Notes: generated by a model not told the origin, from the sequence alone. DNA of 34,270 bases from an uncultured Candidatus Saccharibacteria bacterium (GCA_964363825.1 CAYIJR010000001.1:1-34270), one strand, 5' to 3'; counted from the first letter of the stretch, positions 5,614 through 15,712 are shown. Numbers and translations are program-made.

Positions 5614-8064
5614 TTATTTTTTTGCCATATTATTTTTATGTTCCTCTGTATTCAACATCCCGCATTTTTTGAACTTTTTACCCGAACCGCAAAAACATTC
5701 ATCGTTACGGCCAATTTTGATACTGGAATTTTGGTTATTGGGTATTGTTTGGTTATTGTTTCTTGTATCTTGGTTATTTACATTAAGGCTGGCTTTCAAA
5801 ATGTTGTCGGCGATGGTTCTATCAATTTCCTGCAATAATTGGTTAAACAATTTGCGGCCTTCGTTTTTGTATTCAACTAATGGATCTTGGCCACCGTAAG
5901 CCCGTAACCTTACTGAATCTCGCATATGCTCCATATTGGAAAGGTGGTCTTGCCACAAGGTATCAATGACTTTTAGACCGACTAATTTGCACAAAAGGGC
6001 AAAATTTTCTTGACCCAATTCCTTTTCCCGTTTTTCCAAATCTTTTTCGAAATTTGGATTTTGAATTTGTTTAGAATTTAGGATTTCGGACTTAGAATTT
6101 GCAAGAAACGAAAATCGTTTCTTGTATATGATTTCCCGGTGCTTGTTCATGACGTCGTCATATTCCAACAAATGATTTCGGGCGTCAAAATTGAACCCTT
6201 CAATTTTCCCCTGGGCTGATTCAAGCGCCCCCGAAATTAATCCCGCCTGGATGGGTTCGTCTTCCGGCGCATTCAAAGCAGTCATTAAATTTTTTATTTT
6301 ATCTCCGCCAAAGATGCGCATCAAATCATCTTCCAATGAAACAAAAAATTGGCTGGATCCCGGATCCCCCTGCCGGCCCGCCCGGCCGCGCAGCTGGTTG
6401 TCAATGCGGCGGGCATCGTGGCGCTCGGTGCCAATGACATGCAAGCCGCCCGATTCTTTGACGGTTTTTGATTCGTCAAGATTAGGCGGGTTTCCCCCTA
6501 AAATAATGTCCACGCCCCTGCCGGCCATGTTGGTGGCAATGGTTACCGCCCCCTTTTTGCCGGCCTGGGCGATGATTTCTCCTTCGCGCTCATGGTTTTT
6601 GGCATTTAAAATCTGGTGCGGGATTCCTTGGGTTTCCAATAATTTTCCCAAATACTCGTTTCTTTCAACTGACCGCGTTCCTACCAAAATTGGCTGGCCT
6701 TTTTGGTGCAAGTCTTTTATTTCTTTAATCACTGCCTTGAATTTTCCTTCTTCGGTTTTGTAAATTTTATCCTGCGCATCCTGGCGCGCCATGGGCCGGT
6801 GGGTTGGCACCACAGCCACTTCCAACTTGTAAACCTTGTCAAATTCTTCGGCCGAAGTAAGGGCCGTACCCGTCATGCCGGCAATTTTTTTATAAAGGCG
6901 GAAATAATTTTGGAAGGTGATGGTGGCTAAGGTTGTTGACTCCGGCTGTATTTGGACATTTTCCTTGGCTTCCACGGCTTGGTGCAAACCAGAAGACCAG
7001 CGACGTCCGGGCAACATGCGGCCGGTGAATTCGTCAATGATAATGACTTCGCCGTTTTTGACCACATAATCGCGGTCTTTTAAAAATAATGTTTTGGCTT
7101 TCAGGGCAGATTCTAATTGATGCGTTGCGGTAATGTCGTTTTCCGCCCACGGATCTTGTCCCAAACGCTTGACTACGTTGTTTTGCCCTTCTTCGGTAAA
7201 ATGGACAGCTTTTAACTTTTCATCAATGGCGTAGTCTTTGTCCTTTTCCAATGGCGCCACCACTTTTGCAAACTGGTAATATTTTTCGGTGGCCCGGTCC
7301 GCTTCACCCGAAATAATCAAGGGCACGCGGGCTTCATCAATTAAAATGGAGTCCACTTCGTCCACAATGACAAAATGATGGCCCCGCTGGGCTTGCTGGG
7401 CCAAGTCATACACCATGTTGTCCCGCAAATAATCAAAACCGAATTCGTGGTTGGTGCCGTACGTGATGTCAGCGGCATACGCTTCTTTTTTAGTCGTAGG
7501 CCGCAAAAAATCTTCCACCACCTTAAAACTTCCCATCACATCCCGTTCTTTGTCTTGGTTCTTGTGCAAAGGATCGTACACATACCCTGTGGCATTGGTA
7601 ATACAACCCACGGTGATCCCCAAGGCATCATAAATCTGCCCCATCCAAACCATGTCTCTCTTGGCCAAGTATTCGTTGACAGTGACCACATGCACTCCTT
7701 TGCCCTCCAGCGCATTCAAATAAACCGGCAAGGTGGCCGTCAAGGTTTTGCCTTCGCCCGTGCGCATTTCAGCAATTTTTCCCTGGTGCAGGACAATTCC
7801 GCCGATTAATTGCACGTCAAAATGGCGCTGGTTTAAAGTGCGCCTGGCTGCTTCCCGTGCCGACGCAAAAGCTTCGGGCAACAAATTATCCAGCGGCTCG
7901 CCTTCGGCGAGCCGCTGGCGGAATTTTGCTGTTTTTTCTTTTAATTGCTGGCCTGATAATTTTTGCAGTTCTGCTTCAAAAGAATTTATTTTTTCAACCA
8001 CGGGTTGGAGGCTTTTGATATATTTTTCATTCGGATCGCCGAAGATTTTTTTGAATATTGACAT
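5614..8064 (-). CDS. secA: Preprotein translocase ATPase SecA
   Basis: 816 aa. Motifs are MRTGEGKTL (Walker A), VDEVDSILIDEARVPLIISG, TNMAGRGVDI and the C-terminal zinc motif CFCGSGKKFKKCG. Confidence 0.95.
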   Translation of the reverse strand: MSIFKKIFGDPNEKYIKSLQPVVEKINSFEAELQKLSGQQLKEKTAKFRQRLAEGEPLDNLLPEAFASAREAARRTLNQRHFDVQLIGGIVLHQGKIAEMRTGEGKTLTATLPVYLNALEGKGVHVVTVNEYLAKRDMVWMGQIYDALGITVGCITNATGYVYDPLHKNQDKERDVMGSFKVVEDFLRPTTKKEAYAADITYGTNHEFGFDYLRDNMVYDLAQQAQRGHHFVIVDEVDSILIDEARVPLIISGEADRATEKYYQFAKVVAPLEKDKDYAIDEKLKAVHFTEEGQNNVVKRLGQDPWAENDITATHQLESALKAKTLFLKDRDYVVKNGEVIIIDEFTGRMLPGRRWSSGLHQAVEAKENVQIQPESTTLATITFQNYFRLYKKIAGMTGTALTSAEEFDKVYKLEVAVVPTHRPMARQDAQDKIYKTEEGKFKAVIKEIKDLHQKGQPILVGTRSVERNEYLGKLLETQGIPHQILNAKNHEREGEIIAQAGKKGAVTIATNMAGRGVDIILGGNPPNLDESKTVKESGGLHVIGTERHDARRIDNQLRGRAGRQGDPGSSQFFVSLEDDLMRIFGGDKIKNLMTALNAPEDEPIQAGLISGALESAQGKIEGFNFDARNHLLEYDDVMNKHREIIYKKRFSFLANSKSEILNSKQIQNPNFEKDLEKREKELGQENFALLCKLVGLKVIDTLWQDHLSNMEHMRDSVRLRAYGGQDPLVEYKNEGRKLFNQLLQEIDRTIADNILKASLNVNNQDTRNNNQTIPNNQNSSIKIGRNDECFCGSGKKFKKCGMLNTEEHKNNMAKK

Positions 8065-8097
8065 AGTCTAACTCTAACCAAAAATCGGTATTTTAGC

Positions 8098-8134
8098 AAT
8101 AAAAAAGCCCCAAAAGTCCAAAGGACGATTGGGT
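8098..8134 (-). terminator. Rho-independent terminator after the zinc-ribbon gene
   Basis: The minus strand reads ACCCAA-TC-GTCC-TTT-GGAC-TT-TTGGGG-CTTTTTTATT. Two stacked stems are followed by T6. Confidence 0.5.
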
Positions 8135-8158
8135 TTATTGTTTTTTGGTAGAGGTGTT

Positions 8159-8497
8159 TTAGACCACAGGCAGTTCCTTGCCACAGTTGTGGCAAAACCT
8201 CGATGGCTCTGCTACAAGATGGGCAATATCGGGATATGCTTCCCTCTCCTTTCTGAAACCATCTTGAATCTTTGCCATACGCAGATGCAGTTCGTCGGTG
8301 CAGGTCATTGGCAGATCGTGAATGAACACTGGCGTACCTAGCTGCCCCTCTTGTCTTTCCAGAAAATCCTGCTCCCAGCCCGCTACCTCAACTGCATTCT
8401 GGAATTTTTCAGCGGTCGGAATTTTAGTGCCACAGAAAGGGCAGAAATTATTGACCAGATAGTTCAGTTCCTTTTGGCAAGAAAAACACTGCTGCAT
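8159..8497 (-). CDS. Small zinc-ribbon protein of unknown function
   Basis: 112 aa. The N-terminus has CFSC-x10-CPFC (a Cys4 zinc ribbon) and the C-terminus has CHNC. A strong SD (AAGGAG) lies 7 nt upstream of the ATG. TATAAT-like boxes lie upstream and a terminator downstream. Confidence 0.6.
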   Translation of the reverse strand: MQQCFSCQKELNYLVNNFCPFCGTKIPTAEKFQNAVEVAGWEQDFLERQEGQLGTPVFIHDLPMTCTDELHLRMAKIQDGFRKEREAYPDIAHLVAEPSRFCHNCGKELPVV

Positions 8498-8565
8498 TGG
8501 ATTTCTCCTTATTGACCGTAGAAAGAGCGAGTTGATTATATATTACATACATTATATGAAATATC

Positions 8566-8593
8566 AAGCAAAAACCGGTGCAGAGCCGGTTTT
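8566..8593 (-). terminator. Rho-independent terminator after hpf
   Basis: The plus strand reads AAAACCGG-TGCAGAG-CCGGTTTT. On the minus strand the stem is followed by TTTTTG. It begins 8 nt downstream of the hpf stop. Confidence 0.6.
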
Positions 8594-8600
8594 GTAAAAA

Positions 8601-8978
8601 CTATCGCTGTTGGAATTTTTTAGCTTGGCGGCGGGGGAATTCAATTACCTTGGTTTTGTATTTTCTAATTTCCCTTTCCAATTCTTTGCTCAATTCGTTG
8701 ATGATTTTCATGAGATCTTCTCCGTGGGTTTTGGCGAATAAATTACGGCCCGGCAGATAAATTTTAGCTTCGGACTTGAAAATATCGCCTTTTTTGTGGT
8801 GCTTAGTTTCCCTTTCCACTTCAACAAAAATATCAAATAAATCCCGGCCGTTGGTGACAGGCGCGCCATGCTTTTGGAAAACTCCCAGGAATTTTTTCAG
8901 CCCGCCGATTTTTTTATTAATGAAGTTTTCCAGCTGCAAAGTAAGTTCTATATTTTTTGTTTTGATGGTTATATTCAT
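8601..8978 (-). CDS. hpf: Ribosome hibernation promoting factor / RaiA (S30AE family)
   Basis: 125 aa. The N-terminus MNITIKTKNIELTLQLENFINKKIGGLKKFL and the overall beta-alpha-beta-beta-beta-alpha length and pattern are typical of HPF/YfiA. Confidence 0.8.
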   Translation of the reverse strand: MNITIKTKNIELTLQLENFINKKIGGLKKFLGVFQKHGAPVTNGRDLFDIFVEVERETKHHKKGDIFKSEAKIYLPGRNLFAKTHGEDLMKIINELSKELEREIRKYKTKVIEFPRRQAKKFQQR

Positions 8979-8979
8979 G

Positions 8980-10017
8980 TTATTTTAAATATTGTACTTC
9001 TTGTTCTAAAAGTATGCCATACTTTATTTTAACTTTTTTTTTGACAAATTCAATAAGGCTCAAAACATCCTGGGCCGTGGCATTTCCTAAATTTACAATG
9101 TAATTTGAATGTTTGGTTGAAATTTGCGCCTGGCCGATTTTTTTACCCGCCAAACCGGCGCCAATAATAAACCATGCGGCCGGCACAATGGGAAAAGGGT
9201 CTTGTTTTACTTTGTCGGCAAAAACGTTCTGGAATTTTTTAGGCACTTTTTTAAAATCCACATTTTTAAATATACTTCCGGCGTTGGGGTACTCCAAGGG
9301 ATGTTTTTCTTTCCGGTAATTAATGTGGGAATTGGCAATAGCCTGCAAATCTTTTTTGTTTCCCTTTTTTAACTTTACCGTGGCAGACAGCACCACCCAA
9401 TTTTTTTTCTTGAAAATTGAAGAACGATAGGAAAACTGGCTCTGTTTGTTGGACAAATTTCTGACGTTAAAATTATTGTCCAGCGCTTTTACTTTGAAAA
9501 TGGCATCTTTGGTTTCCCCGCCAAAAGCTCCGGCGTTTCCCCGAATGGCTCCGCCAAAAGTCCCTGGCAAGCCCCCCGCCCACTCAAGTCCTTGCAAAGA
9601 CTTACTGATGGAAAAATCAACCACGCTCCCCAAAACTGCTCCGGCCGGAGCCTCAACAATATTATTTTCTAGCAAGTGAGGGGAAGAAGATCTTGATTTG
9701 CTTCCCCGAACGCGCGACGAAAATATGCTCTGCATATTTTTTCTCAAAACAATGGGCGTTGTAACTTGGTTTTTGACAACCAACCCTTTAATCCCCTTGT
9801 CTGCAACTAATAAGTTACTGCCCCCGCCCATCACAAAAAGAGGTATTTTTAACTTTTTGGCAACAATGATGGCTTCAAGGATTTCTTGTTCTTTTTTGGC
9901 CAATAAAAAATATTCGGCCGGGCCGCCGATGCGGAAAGTGGTGTGGTTTTTGAGCGACTCGTTTTTTTTGACGCCCGGCAGTTCTTTTTTTAATATTGCA
10001 AAAATATTATCGTCCAT
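8980..10017 (-). CDS. murB: UDP-N-acetylenolpyruvoylglucosamine reductase MurB
   Basis: 345 aa. The FAD-binding N-terminus has HTTFRIGGPAEYF and GGGSNLL. Other motifs are GAIRGNAGAFGGE and NAGSIFKN. An extra Ser/Arg-rich segment spans roughly aa 92-118. Confidence 0.9.
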   Translation of the reverse strand: MDDNIFAILKKELPGVKKNESLKNHTTFRIGGPAEYFLLAKKEQEILEAIIVAKKLKIPLFVMGGGSNLLVADKGIKGLVVKNQVTTPIVLRKNMQSIFSSRVRGSKSRSSSPHLLENNIVEAPAGAVLGSVVDFSISKSLQGLEWAGGLPGTFGGAIRGNAGAFGGETKDAIFKVKALDNNFNVRNLSNKQSQFSYRSSIFKKKNWVVLSATVKLKKGNKKDLQAIANSHINYRKEKHPLEYPNAGSIFKNVDFKKVPKKFQNVFADKVKQDPFPIVPAAWFIIGAGLAGKKIGQAQISTKHSNYIVNLGNATAQDVLSLIEFVKKKVKIKYGILLEQEVQYLK

Positions 10018-11698
10018 TCAGTAATTGATTAATTTTGGCGCGGGTTAAAGGGCCGACAAATCCGGTCTGTAAAATCCCGTATTGTTTCTGAAAATGAATA
10101 ACGGCGGCTCTGGTAAGGGATCTGAAGTTTCCCGTCACCAGACCTTCAGGATATACATCAGCCCCCTGAAGTTTCAAGAATTGCTGGAGGCAGCTTACAT
10201 CAGCTTTATTTAAAACGCCGGCATACAGATTGGAATTCAGCGCGCCGCATAAATTGTTTCCCGGATTCTGCCCGCCGCTTTTGGCCTGAAGGGCTGAAAT
10301 TTGTTTTTTTAAAGACTCAATCTGCTCCAACAGTTTTTGGATTACTACCGCATCTTCTACGTGGACCGCCCCGGTAATGGAAACGGTGAACGTATAAGGA
10401 TAGGTAAATTCCAGCCCATTAAAGCCGGCGGTTTTTGTCTGCAATGACGGCATAATAGTTAAAGAGCTGTATTCGTCGCCGAACCTTTCAATAGTGATTT
10501 GCCCTTTTTGGCTGCTATCAAGCTTTAAAAAATGTACTGCATACTTATTATCTTTAGTAACAGTGATGTAGGGAACCTGAAATTTCAAACCGGCCAAACT
10601 TGAAAAGTCAAGCTTAAGGTCTCCGCTGCCCCCGATGATTTTTTGCCAGTTGCCAGACCAGTTTTTCGTGACATTGGTCACCGACAAAGAACTGTTTCCA
10701 GACAGAGGCAGGAAATTAAGGGAGGGGTTTATCCTGAAATTTTTTAAATTCTGGTTTAAATAGCAATATTTTATATCAAGGGAACATTCATTGATGACCA
10801 TGGCTATTGTCCAGTTGGTAAAAATCTGGGCGAAATCCTCTTGGTAGCCATTCTTGGCAAGAATGTCATTGATGCTGGCGATCCCCACCAATTTTAATTT
10901 CAAGGAATCTGATAAAATATTAATGCCGTAGTGATCCACCAAATAATGCATGAACATGCTTGCTGCAGCGTAGTCATATTTTGAATCCTGCCATTCTGTC
11001 AAAGAATCCGAGGGCGAATTTAAGAAGTCTTTTGCCCGCTTTTGCAAGTTGCTTCCTTCATAGGCGCTGTCATACCCGAGTATTGTTGAAGCGTAATCCG
11101 CCCTGGCTTCGTTGAGCCAAACTTCTTCTTGGACGTTATTAATCCTGTCTTTTTGGTTGAAAGTTATTAAGTGCACAAACTCGTGGGCCACAAATATTTT
11201 CAGCTGCGGCTCATTAATATGGGCAAGAGCAATATACAGCATCTCCCGTTCATTTGAATCGGGCACTTGGAGCTTTAAGTACTCATCAGTTGAACGGAAA
11301 TACCCTGCCGTGCTATTTTTCATCGCGTGGAAAAAAATGGTAATTTTACTGTCACCGTCAACCCCGGGCTTCCATTCAGAACCAAACACCGAAGTCAGAA
11401 TGGGATAAATGTTTTTATCAAACTCATTGGAAAGAGCGTCAAAGTTGGCCAAAATTTCATTTTTTGCGGCCGGAACCTGCAAATCCCACCAAGATTTTTC
11501 AACGTAAAAATAAAGATTAGAAGAAGTTTTTACTAGCACCGACGGCACTTGAGACCTTTGCGCGGCATCAAAATCTTCATTAATATTGAAATTCAAAACA
11601 TCGCTCTGGCTATTAGCGCCGGCGCTGTTGGCAAACAAGAAAAACAGCGGAATGACGGCAATAAAAATTAATTTTTTATATTTTTTTCTGCAATCCAT
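10007..11698 (-). CDS. Secreted HExxH metallopeptidase-like protein with a C-terminal peptidoglycan-binding domain
   Basis: 563 aa with a signal peptide (LIFIAVIPLFFLFANSAGA). It has VAHEFVHLI (HExxH). The C-terminal PG_binding_1-like repeat is LQQFLKLQG...VTGNFRSLTRAAVIHFQKQYGILQTGFVGPLTRAKI. Confidence 0.65.
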   Translation of the reverse strand: MDCRKKYKKLIFIAVIPLFFLFANSAGANSQSDVLNFNINEDFDAAQRSQVPSVLVKTSSNLYFYVEKSWWDLQVPAAKNEILANFDALSNEFDKNIYPILTSVFGSEWKPGVDGDSKITIFFHAMKNSTAGYFRSTDEYLKLQVPDSNEREMLYIALAHINEPQLKIFVAHEFVHLITFNQKDRINNVQEEVWLNEARADYASTILGYDSAYEGSNLQKRAKDFLNSPSDSLTEWQDSKYDYAAASMFMHYLVDHYGINILSDSLKLKLVGIASINDILAKNGYQEDFAQIFTNWTIAMVINECSLDIKYCYLNQNLKNFRINPSLNFLPLSGNSSLSVTNVTKNWSGNWQKIIGGSGDLKLDFSSLAGLKFQVPYITVTKDNKYAVHFLKLDSSQKGQITIERFGDEYSSLTIMPSLQTKTAGFNGLEFTYPYTFTVSITGAVHVEDAVVIQKLLEQIESLKKQISALQAKSGGQNPGNNLCGALNSNLYAGVLNKADVSCLQQFLKLQGADVYPEGLVTGNFRSLTRAAVIHFQKQYGILQTGFVGPLTRAKINQLLNGR

Positions 11699-11727
11699 AT
11701 TTATACCACAAAAAATCTATGGCGGAA

Positions 11728-13578
11728 TTACTTTTTATATGAAGGAATAATCTCTTGAAAAGCTTTTTTTATATTTTGGCTATCGCCACTTTGGGCGTAA
11801 TCTTCTAAAATTTTCAAATTTTCGGAAAGCTTGCCAAAATCTATCGGTGAAAACTTTGCCACGAAAATTTTCTGGTTTTGGGTTGCCATAATGCCTTCTT
11901 CTGCCGTCAAAATTTCCTCAAATAACTTTTCTCCGGGACGCATGCCGGTAAAGATAATGGCAATATCCTTATCCGGTTCAAATCCCGATAATCGTATCAT
12001 CTCTTTTGCCAAATCCACAATTTTTATGGGTTGGCCCATGTCCAGCACAAACACTTCCCCTCCCTGGCCCATCGCCCCTGCCTGCATTACCAACAGGCAA
12101 GCTTCTGAAGTCAGCATAAAATATCGTTTCATGTCAGGATGAGTCACTTGGACCGGACCTCCACGCCGTATCTGTTCTTTAAAAATAGGAATGACGCTGC
12201 CCCTGCTGTTTAACACATTGCCAAACCGCACTGAAACAAACTTAGTGCTGTTTTTTTGGTTATACGCCTGGCAAATCATTTCCCCCACCCTCTTGGTTAT
12301 TCCCATGACCGAAGTCGGGTTGACCGCCTTATCTGTTGAAATAAAAATAAATTTTTCCACCTTCTCATCAATGCTTGTTTGGACCAGCGCCTTGGTGCCG
12401 AAAATATTATTTTTTACGGCTTCGTCAGGCTGGGCTTCCATTAAGGGAACGTGCTTGTAAGCTGCCGCGTGGAACACTATCTTTGGAGAAAAGCGCTTAA
12501 AAACATCTTGAATTTTTCCTTTATCCTGTATGTCGGCCACTATGGGCTCAACCTTAACATCGTCAAACTTTTCTTTAATCGTTCTTAAAAGGTTGAATAT
12601 GCCCGTTTCGTCCTGGTCTAATACCACCAGCAACGGCGGCTTGAATTTCGCTACTTGCAAAGCAAGTTCAGAACCTATGGATCCGGCCGCTCCGGTAATT
12701 AGCACTGTTTTATTTTTTATAAAAGATTCTATTTGTTTTTTATCCAAAGAAACCGGGTTGCGCCCCAATAAATCCTCAATGCCGATGTCTTTTAAATTTT
12801 TTAGAGATACTTCCCCGCGTATAATTTCATTTAATGGCGGGGCAATCTTAATTTTCCGTATGCCCCCGCTTTTTCCCAGGGAAATTGCGTTTTTTATCAT
12901 GGCGGAACTAGCCGAAGGAAGCGCAATAATCAACTGTTTTATCTGATGGCTTTTGGCAATGGCTGGAATATCAGAAATCTTCCCTAATACATGAAGGCCG
13001 TGTATTTTCACTCCTTTTTTCATGGGATTGTCGTCAACAAAACCAACCGGAAAATAAGCGTAGGTCTTTGAAGATAGGATGCTCCTTAAAATCTGTTCAC
13101 CCGCGTCCCCAGCTCCCACAATTAACGTTCTTTCCTGCCCCTTGATCCTGCTCAATCCTGTCTGCTGGAAATAGACTCGTTTTGCAAAACGGACACCGCT
13201 GGCAAAAATAAATACTAATATATAACTTATAAAAATCGTGGAGCGCGGGAAATTCACAAAACGGGGAAAGTAATTAGACAGAAAAATAACAATGCTTAAA
13301 AATATGAATGAAATGGTAGTGGCTTTGAATAAAGCTACCAGCTCGCTGGCTGACACATACGACCAGGAAAAAGAATACAATTTCTGGAAGTAAAAAACCG
13401 GCACGATAAAAATAACGGCCAATATAATCATCCTTATAAGAAAAGATTCGTACTGTTGCGGGATGCTGCCGTCAAACCTTAATAAAAAAGCCAGCCATAC
13501 AGAAAGGGCAATAAAAAAAATGTCGGCTGCGATAAAAGACAGTGTCCTGGTTGCCGCGGTTTTTTTAAATAAATACAT
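11728..13578 (-). CDS. Membrane-anchored CapD/PglF/WbpM-type UDP-HexNAc 4,6-dehydratase
   Basis: 616 aa with four N-terminal TM segments. It has two Rossmann regions (LIVGAGDAGEQ, ITGAAGSIGSEL) plus STDKAVNP and GNVLNSRGSVIP. Confidence 0.85.
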   Translation of the reverse strand: MYLFKKTAATRTLSFIAADIFFIALSVWLAFLLRFDGSIPQQYESFLIRMIILAVIFIVPVFYFQKLYSFSWSYVSASELVALFKATTISFIFLSIVIFLSNYFPRFVNFPRSTIFISYILVFIFASGVRFAKRVYFQQTGLSRIKGQERTLIVGAGDAGEQILRSILSSKTYAYFPVGFVDDNPMKKGVKIHGLHVLGKISDIPAIAKSHQIKQLIIALPSASSAMIKNAISLGKSGGIRKIKIAPPLNEIIRGEVSLKNLKDIGIEDLLGRNPVSLDKKQIESFIKNKTVLITGAAGSIGSELALQVAKFKPPLLVVLDQDETGIFNLLRTIKEKFDDVKVEPIVADIQDKGKIQDVFKRFSPKIVFHAAAYKHVPLMEAQPDEAVKNNIFGTKALVQTSIDEKVEKFIFISTDKAVNPTSVMGITKRVGEMICQAYNQKNSTKFVSVRFGNVLNSRGSVIPIFKEQIRRGGPVQVTHPDMKRYFMLTSEACLLVMQAGAMGQGGEVFVLDMGQPIKIVDLAKEMIRLSGFEPDKDIAIIFTGMRPGEKLFEEILTAEEGIMATQNQKIFVAKFSPIDFGKLSENLKILEDYAQSGDSQNIKKAFQEIIPSYKK

Positions 13579-14713
13579 GCTTTTTAAAAAAGGTGTTAAC
13601 TTGTTGGGCGATACGATCCATTTCTTTTTTAGTAAGCCCTGGATACATCGGTAACGTTAAAACATTATTTGATATGCGTTCGGTTTCTGGCAAACACCCT
13701 TCTCTATAACCAAACCTTTTACGATAAAAATCGGTTAAATGAATCGGATGAAAGTACACCTTGGCCATAATGCCCTTTTTATTCAAGTAATCTTTTAAGC
13801 CATCCCGCACCTTTTTCCCGCCTTCTACAGATATGACAAACATCTGGTAAATATGGAAATAATTTTTGGGAACCTGGGGCATTCCAATTTGCTGAACGCC
13901 TTCTAAATTTTTTGCAAGGTAACTGGCGTTGGCGCGGCGCAAACCGATTATTTTTTGTATTTTTCCCAGTTGGCTGATAGCCAAAGAAGCGGTAATGTTT
14001 GACATCCTGAAATTATAACCAAGCTGCACATAATCCATGTATTCTGACGAAGAAAAATAATTGGCGGTTTCCGCCCTGCCGTGCGACCGTAATAATTTTA
14101 ATTTCTCATACAGCGCCTTTGAATTGGTCACAATCGCCCCGCCTTCACCGGTGGTTATCACCTTGTTGCTGCAAAAACTGACCATTGATGCCAAGCCAAA
14201 TGTTCCTACCATTTTATTTTCAATCTTTGCCCCTAAAGATTCCGCGGCGTCTTCTAATAATATTATATTGTGGGCATCTGCTATTTGTTTTATTTTACCA
14301 ATCTGGCATCCCATTCCGGCAAAATGGATCGGCATAATAGCTTTCGTCTTTTTAGTTATTTTTCTTTCTACATCCCTTGGGTCAAGCCCATAGGTTTCTT
14401 TTTCAATTTCAGCAAATACCGGCACGGCTCCAACCATAAGACAAGCATTTGCTGTTGATATAAAACTAAATGATGGCACAATCACTTCATCTCCCTCTTT
14501 GATGCCGCAAGCAAGTAATAAGGCGTGGAGCCCAGACGTGCCCGAACTAAAGGCAAGCGCATAGTCTGTGCCAATATAGCGGGCTAATTTTTTTTCAAAC
14601 TCTTCCACTTGGGGGCCGATCGCCCAACCCCAGCCGGATTTTATAGCTTTATTGGTGGCCTTGATATCCTCCTGGTCCCAATAGATTTTAAACAAAGGAA
14701 TGTTATCCTTCAT
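13565..14713 (-). CDS. DegT/DnrJ/EryC1/StrS-family PLP sugar aminotransferase
   Basis: 382 aa. SGTSGLHALLLA is present, and the catalytic Lys is present in FCSNKVITTGEGGAIVT. It overlaps the downstream dehydratase gene by 14 nt. Confidence 0.85.
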   Translation of the reverse strand: MKDNIPLFKIYWDQEDIKATNKAIKSGWGWAIGPQVEEFEKKLARYIGTDYALAFSSGTSGLHALLLACGIKEGDEVIVPSFSFISTANACLMVGAVPVFAEIEKETYGLDPRDVERKITKKTKAIMPIHFAGMGCQIGKIKQIADAHNIILLEDAAESLGAKIENKMVGTFGLASMVSFCSNKVITTGEGGAIVTNSKALYEKLKLLRSHGRAETANYFSSSEYMDYVQLGYNFRMSNITASLAISQLGKIQKIIGLRRANASYLAKNLEGVQQIGMPQVPKNYFHIYQMFVISVEGGKKVRDGLKDYLNKKGIMAKVYFHPIHLTDFYRKRFGYREGCLPETERISNNVLTLPMYPGLTKKEMDRIAQQVNTFFKKHVFI

Positions 14714-14744
14714 ATTATAAATACTATCAGATTTATCCTTTTAA

Positions 14745-14776
14745 TCAATAAAAAACCGCTCGTTTTCACAAGCGGC
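14745..14776 (-). terminator. Rho-independent terminator after the MraY/WecA-like gene
   Basis: The minus strand reads CCGCTTG-TGAAAA-CGAGCGG (7 bp including one G-U pair), followed by TTTTTTATT. Confidence 0.6.
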
Positions 14777-14779
14777 ATA

Positions 14780-15712
14780 TTATTTATAAATTAAGATTCC
14801 AAGTATGACAAATACTATTTGTAAACTGTAGCAGATGGCAAGGGTCTTTTTGACTGAAAAACCCTTTTGGATTAACTTGTCGTAAAAATGAGACCTGTCG
14901 CCAAAAAATATTGACTTACCCAATAGAAGTCTTCTGATATTCGTATATATTCCGTCGAATATGGGCAAGCCAATTATAAAAGCAGGGCCCAAAGCGCTAT
15001 ATATATTAAAAGGCTTTGAAAAAACCATTGCCAAAATAGCTAAAATAAAACCCAGAACGTACGCACCCGAGTCGCCCATAAATATTTTTGCGGGCGGAAA
15101 ATTAAATACCAAAAAAGCCAGCACCACGCCGAGAAATATCAGGGAAATATAGATGGCAAAAAAGTTATTAAGGAAAACACTAAGGACAAAAAATCCAGCT
15201 AAGGAAATAAAAACCAATCCCCCGGCCAGCCCGTCTATTCCGTCCTGATAATTCACTGAATTTATTACCAAGAAAATGTAGAAAAAACTTAACAGCACAG
15301 AAATGGCATAGTAAGGCAGAAAGTTGAATGTTATGCCGACAAAAAACAAAGTTATGGCGGGAATTAATGTGGCAACAATTAAAAGAGCAAATTTTATAAA
15401 TGGTTTTATTGTGGTAATGTGCTTCCATTTTAAGTCATCCCAAAAGCCGAGAGCAAAAACTACTGCCACCCCAAATAATAAGGCAATAATTTTAAAATCC
15501 TGGTATTTTAATAAAACAAAAGACAGATTGATTGCTGAAGAAATTAAAATGGCCAACCCTCCGATGAGGGGAATTTTTTGAGTATGGATTTTTAAGAAAT
15601 CGCCCTCCGGGACATCAACCAAAAAACCAGTCTTCTCTGAAAACTTTTTTAAAACTGCTACTGAAGCGGCCGCAGTAAGGAAAGATGTGAGGGGGAAAAA
15701 TAAAAAATTCAT
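14780..15712 (-). CDS. Polyprenyl-phosphate HexNAc-1-phosphate transferase (MraY/WecA family, glycosyltransferase family 4)
   Basis: 310 aa and polytopic. Motifs are NYQDGIDGLAGG and FMGDSGAY. Confidence 0.85.
   Translation of the reverse strand: MNFLFFPLTSFLTAAASVAVLKKFSEKTGFLVDVPEGDFLKIHTQKIPLIGGLAILISSAINLSFVLLKYQDFKIIALLFGVAVVFALGFWDDLKWKHITTIKPFIKFALLIVATLIPAITLFFVGITFNFLPYYAISVLLSFFYIFLVINSVNYQDGIDGLAGGLVFISLAGFFVLSVFLNNFFAIYISLIFLGVVLAFLVFNFPPAKIFMGDSGAYVLGFILAILAMVFSKPFNIYSALGPAFIIGLPIFDGIYTNIRRLLLGKSIFFGDRSHFYDKLIQKGFSVKKTLAICYSLQIVFVILGILIYK

Noticed and set aside
668-7809. Other plus-strand ORFs of 60-190 aa (e.g. 668-1045, 1219-1581, 6191-6763, 7375-7809)
   Set aside because: All lie entirely inside well-supported minus-strand genes (secF, secD, secA) and have low-complexity, shadow-type composition.
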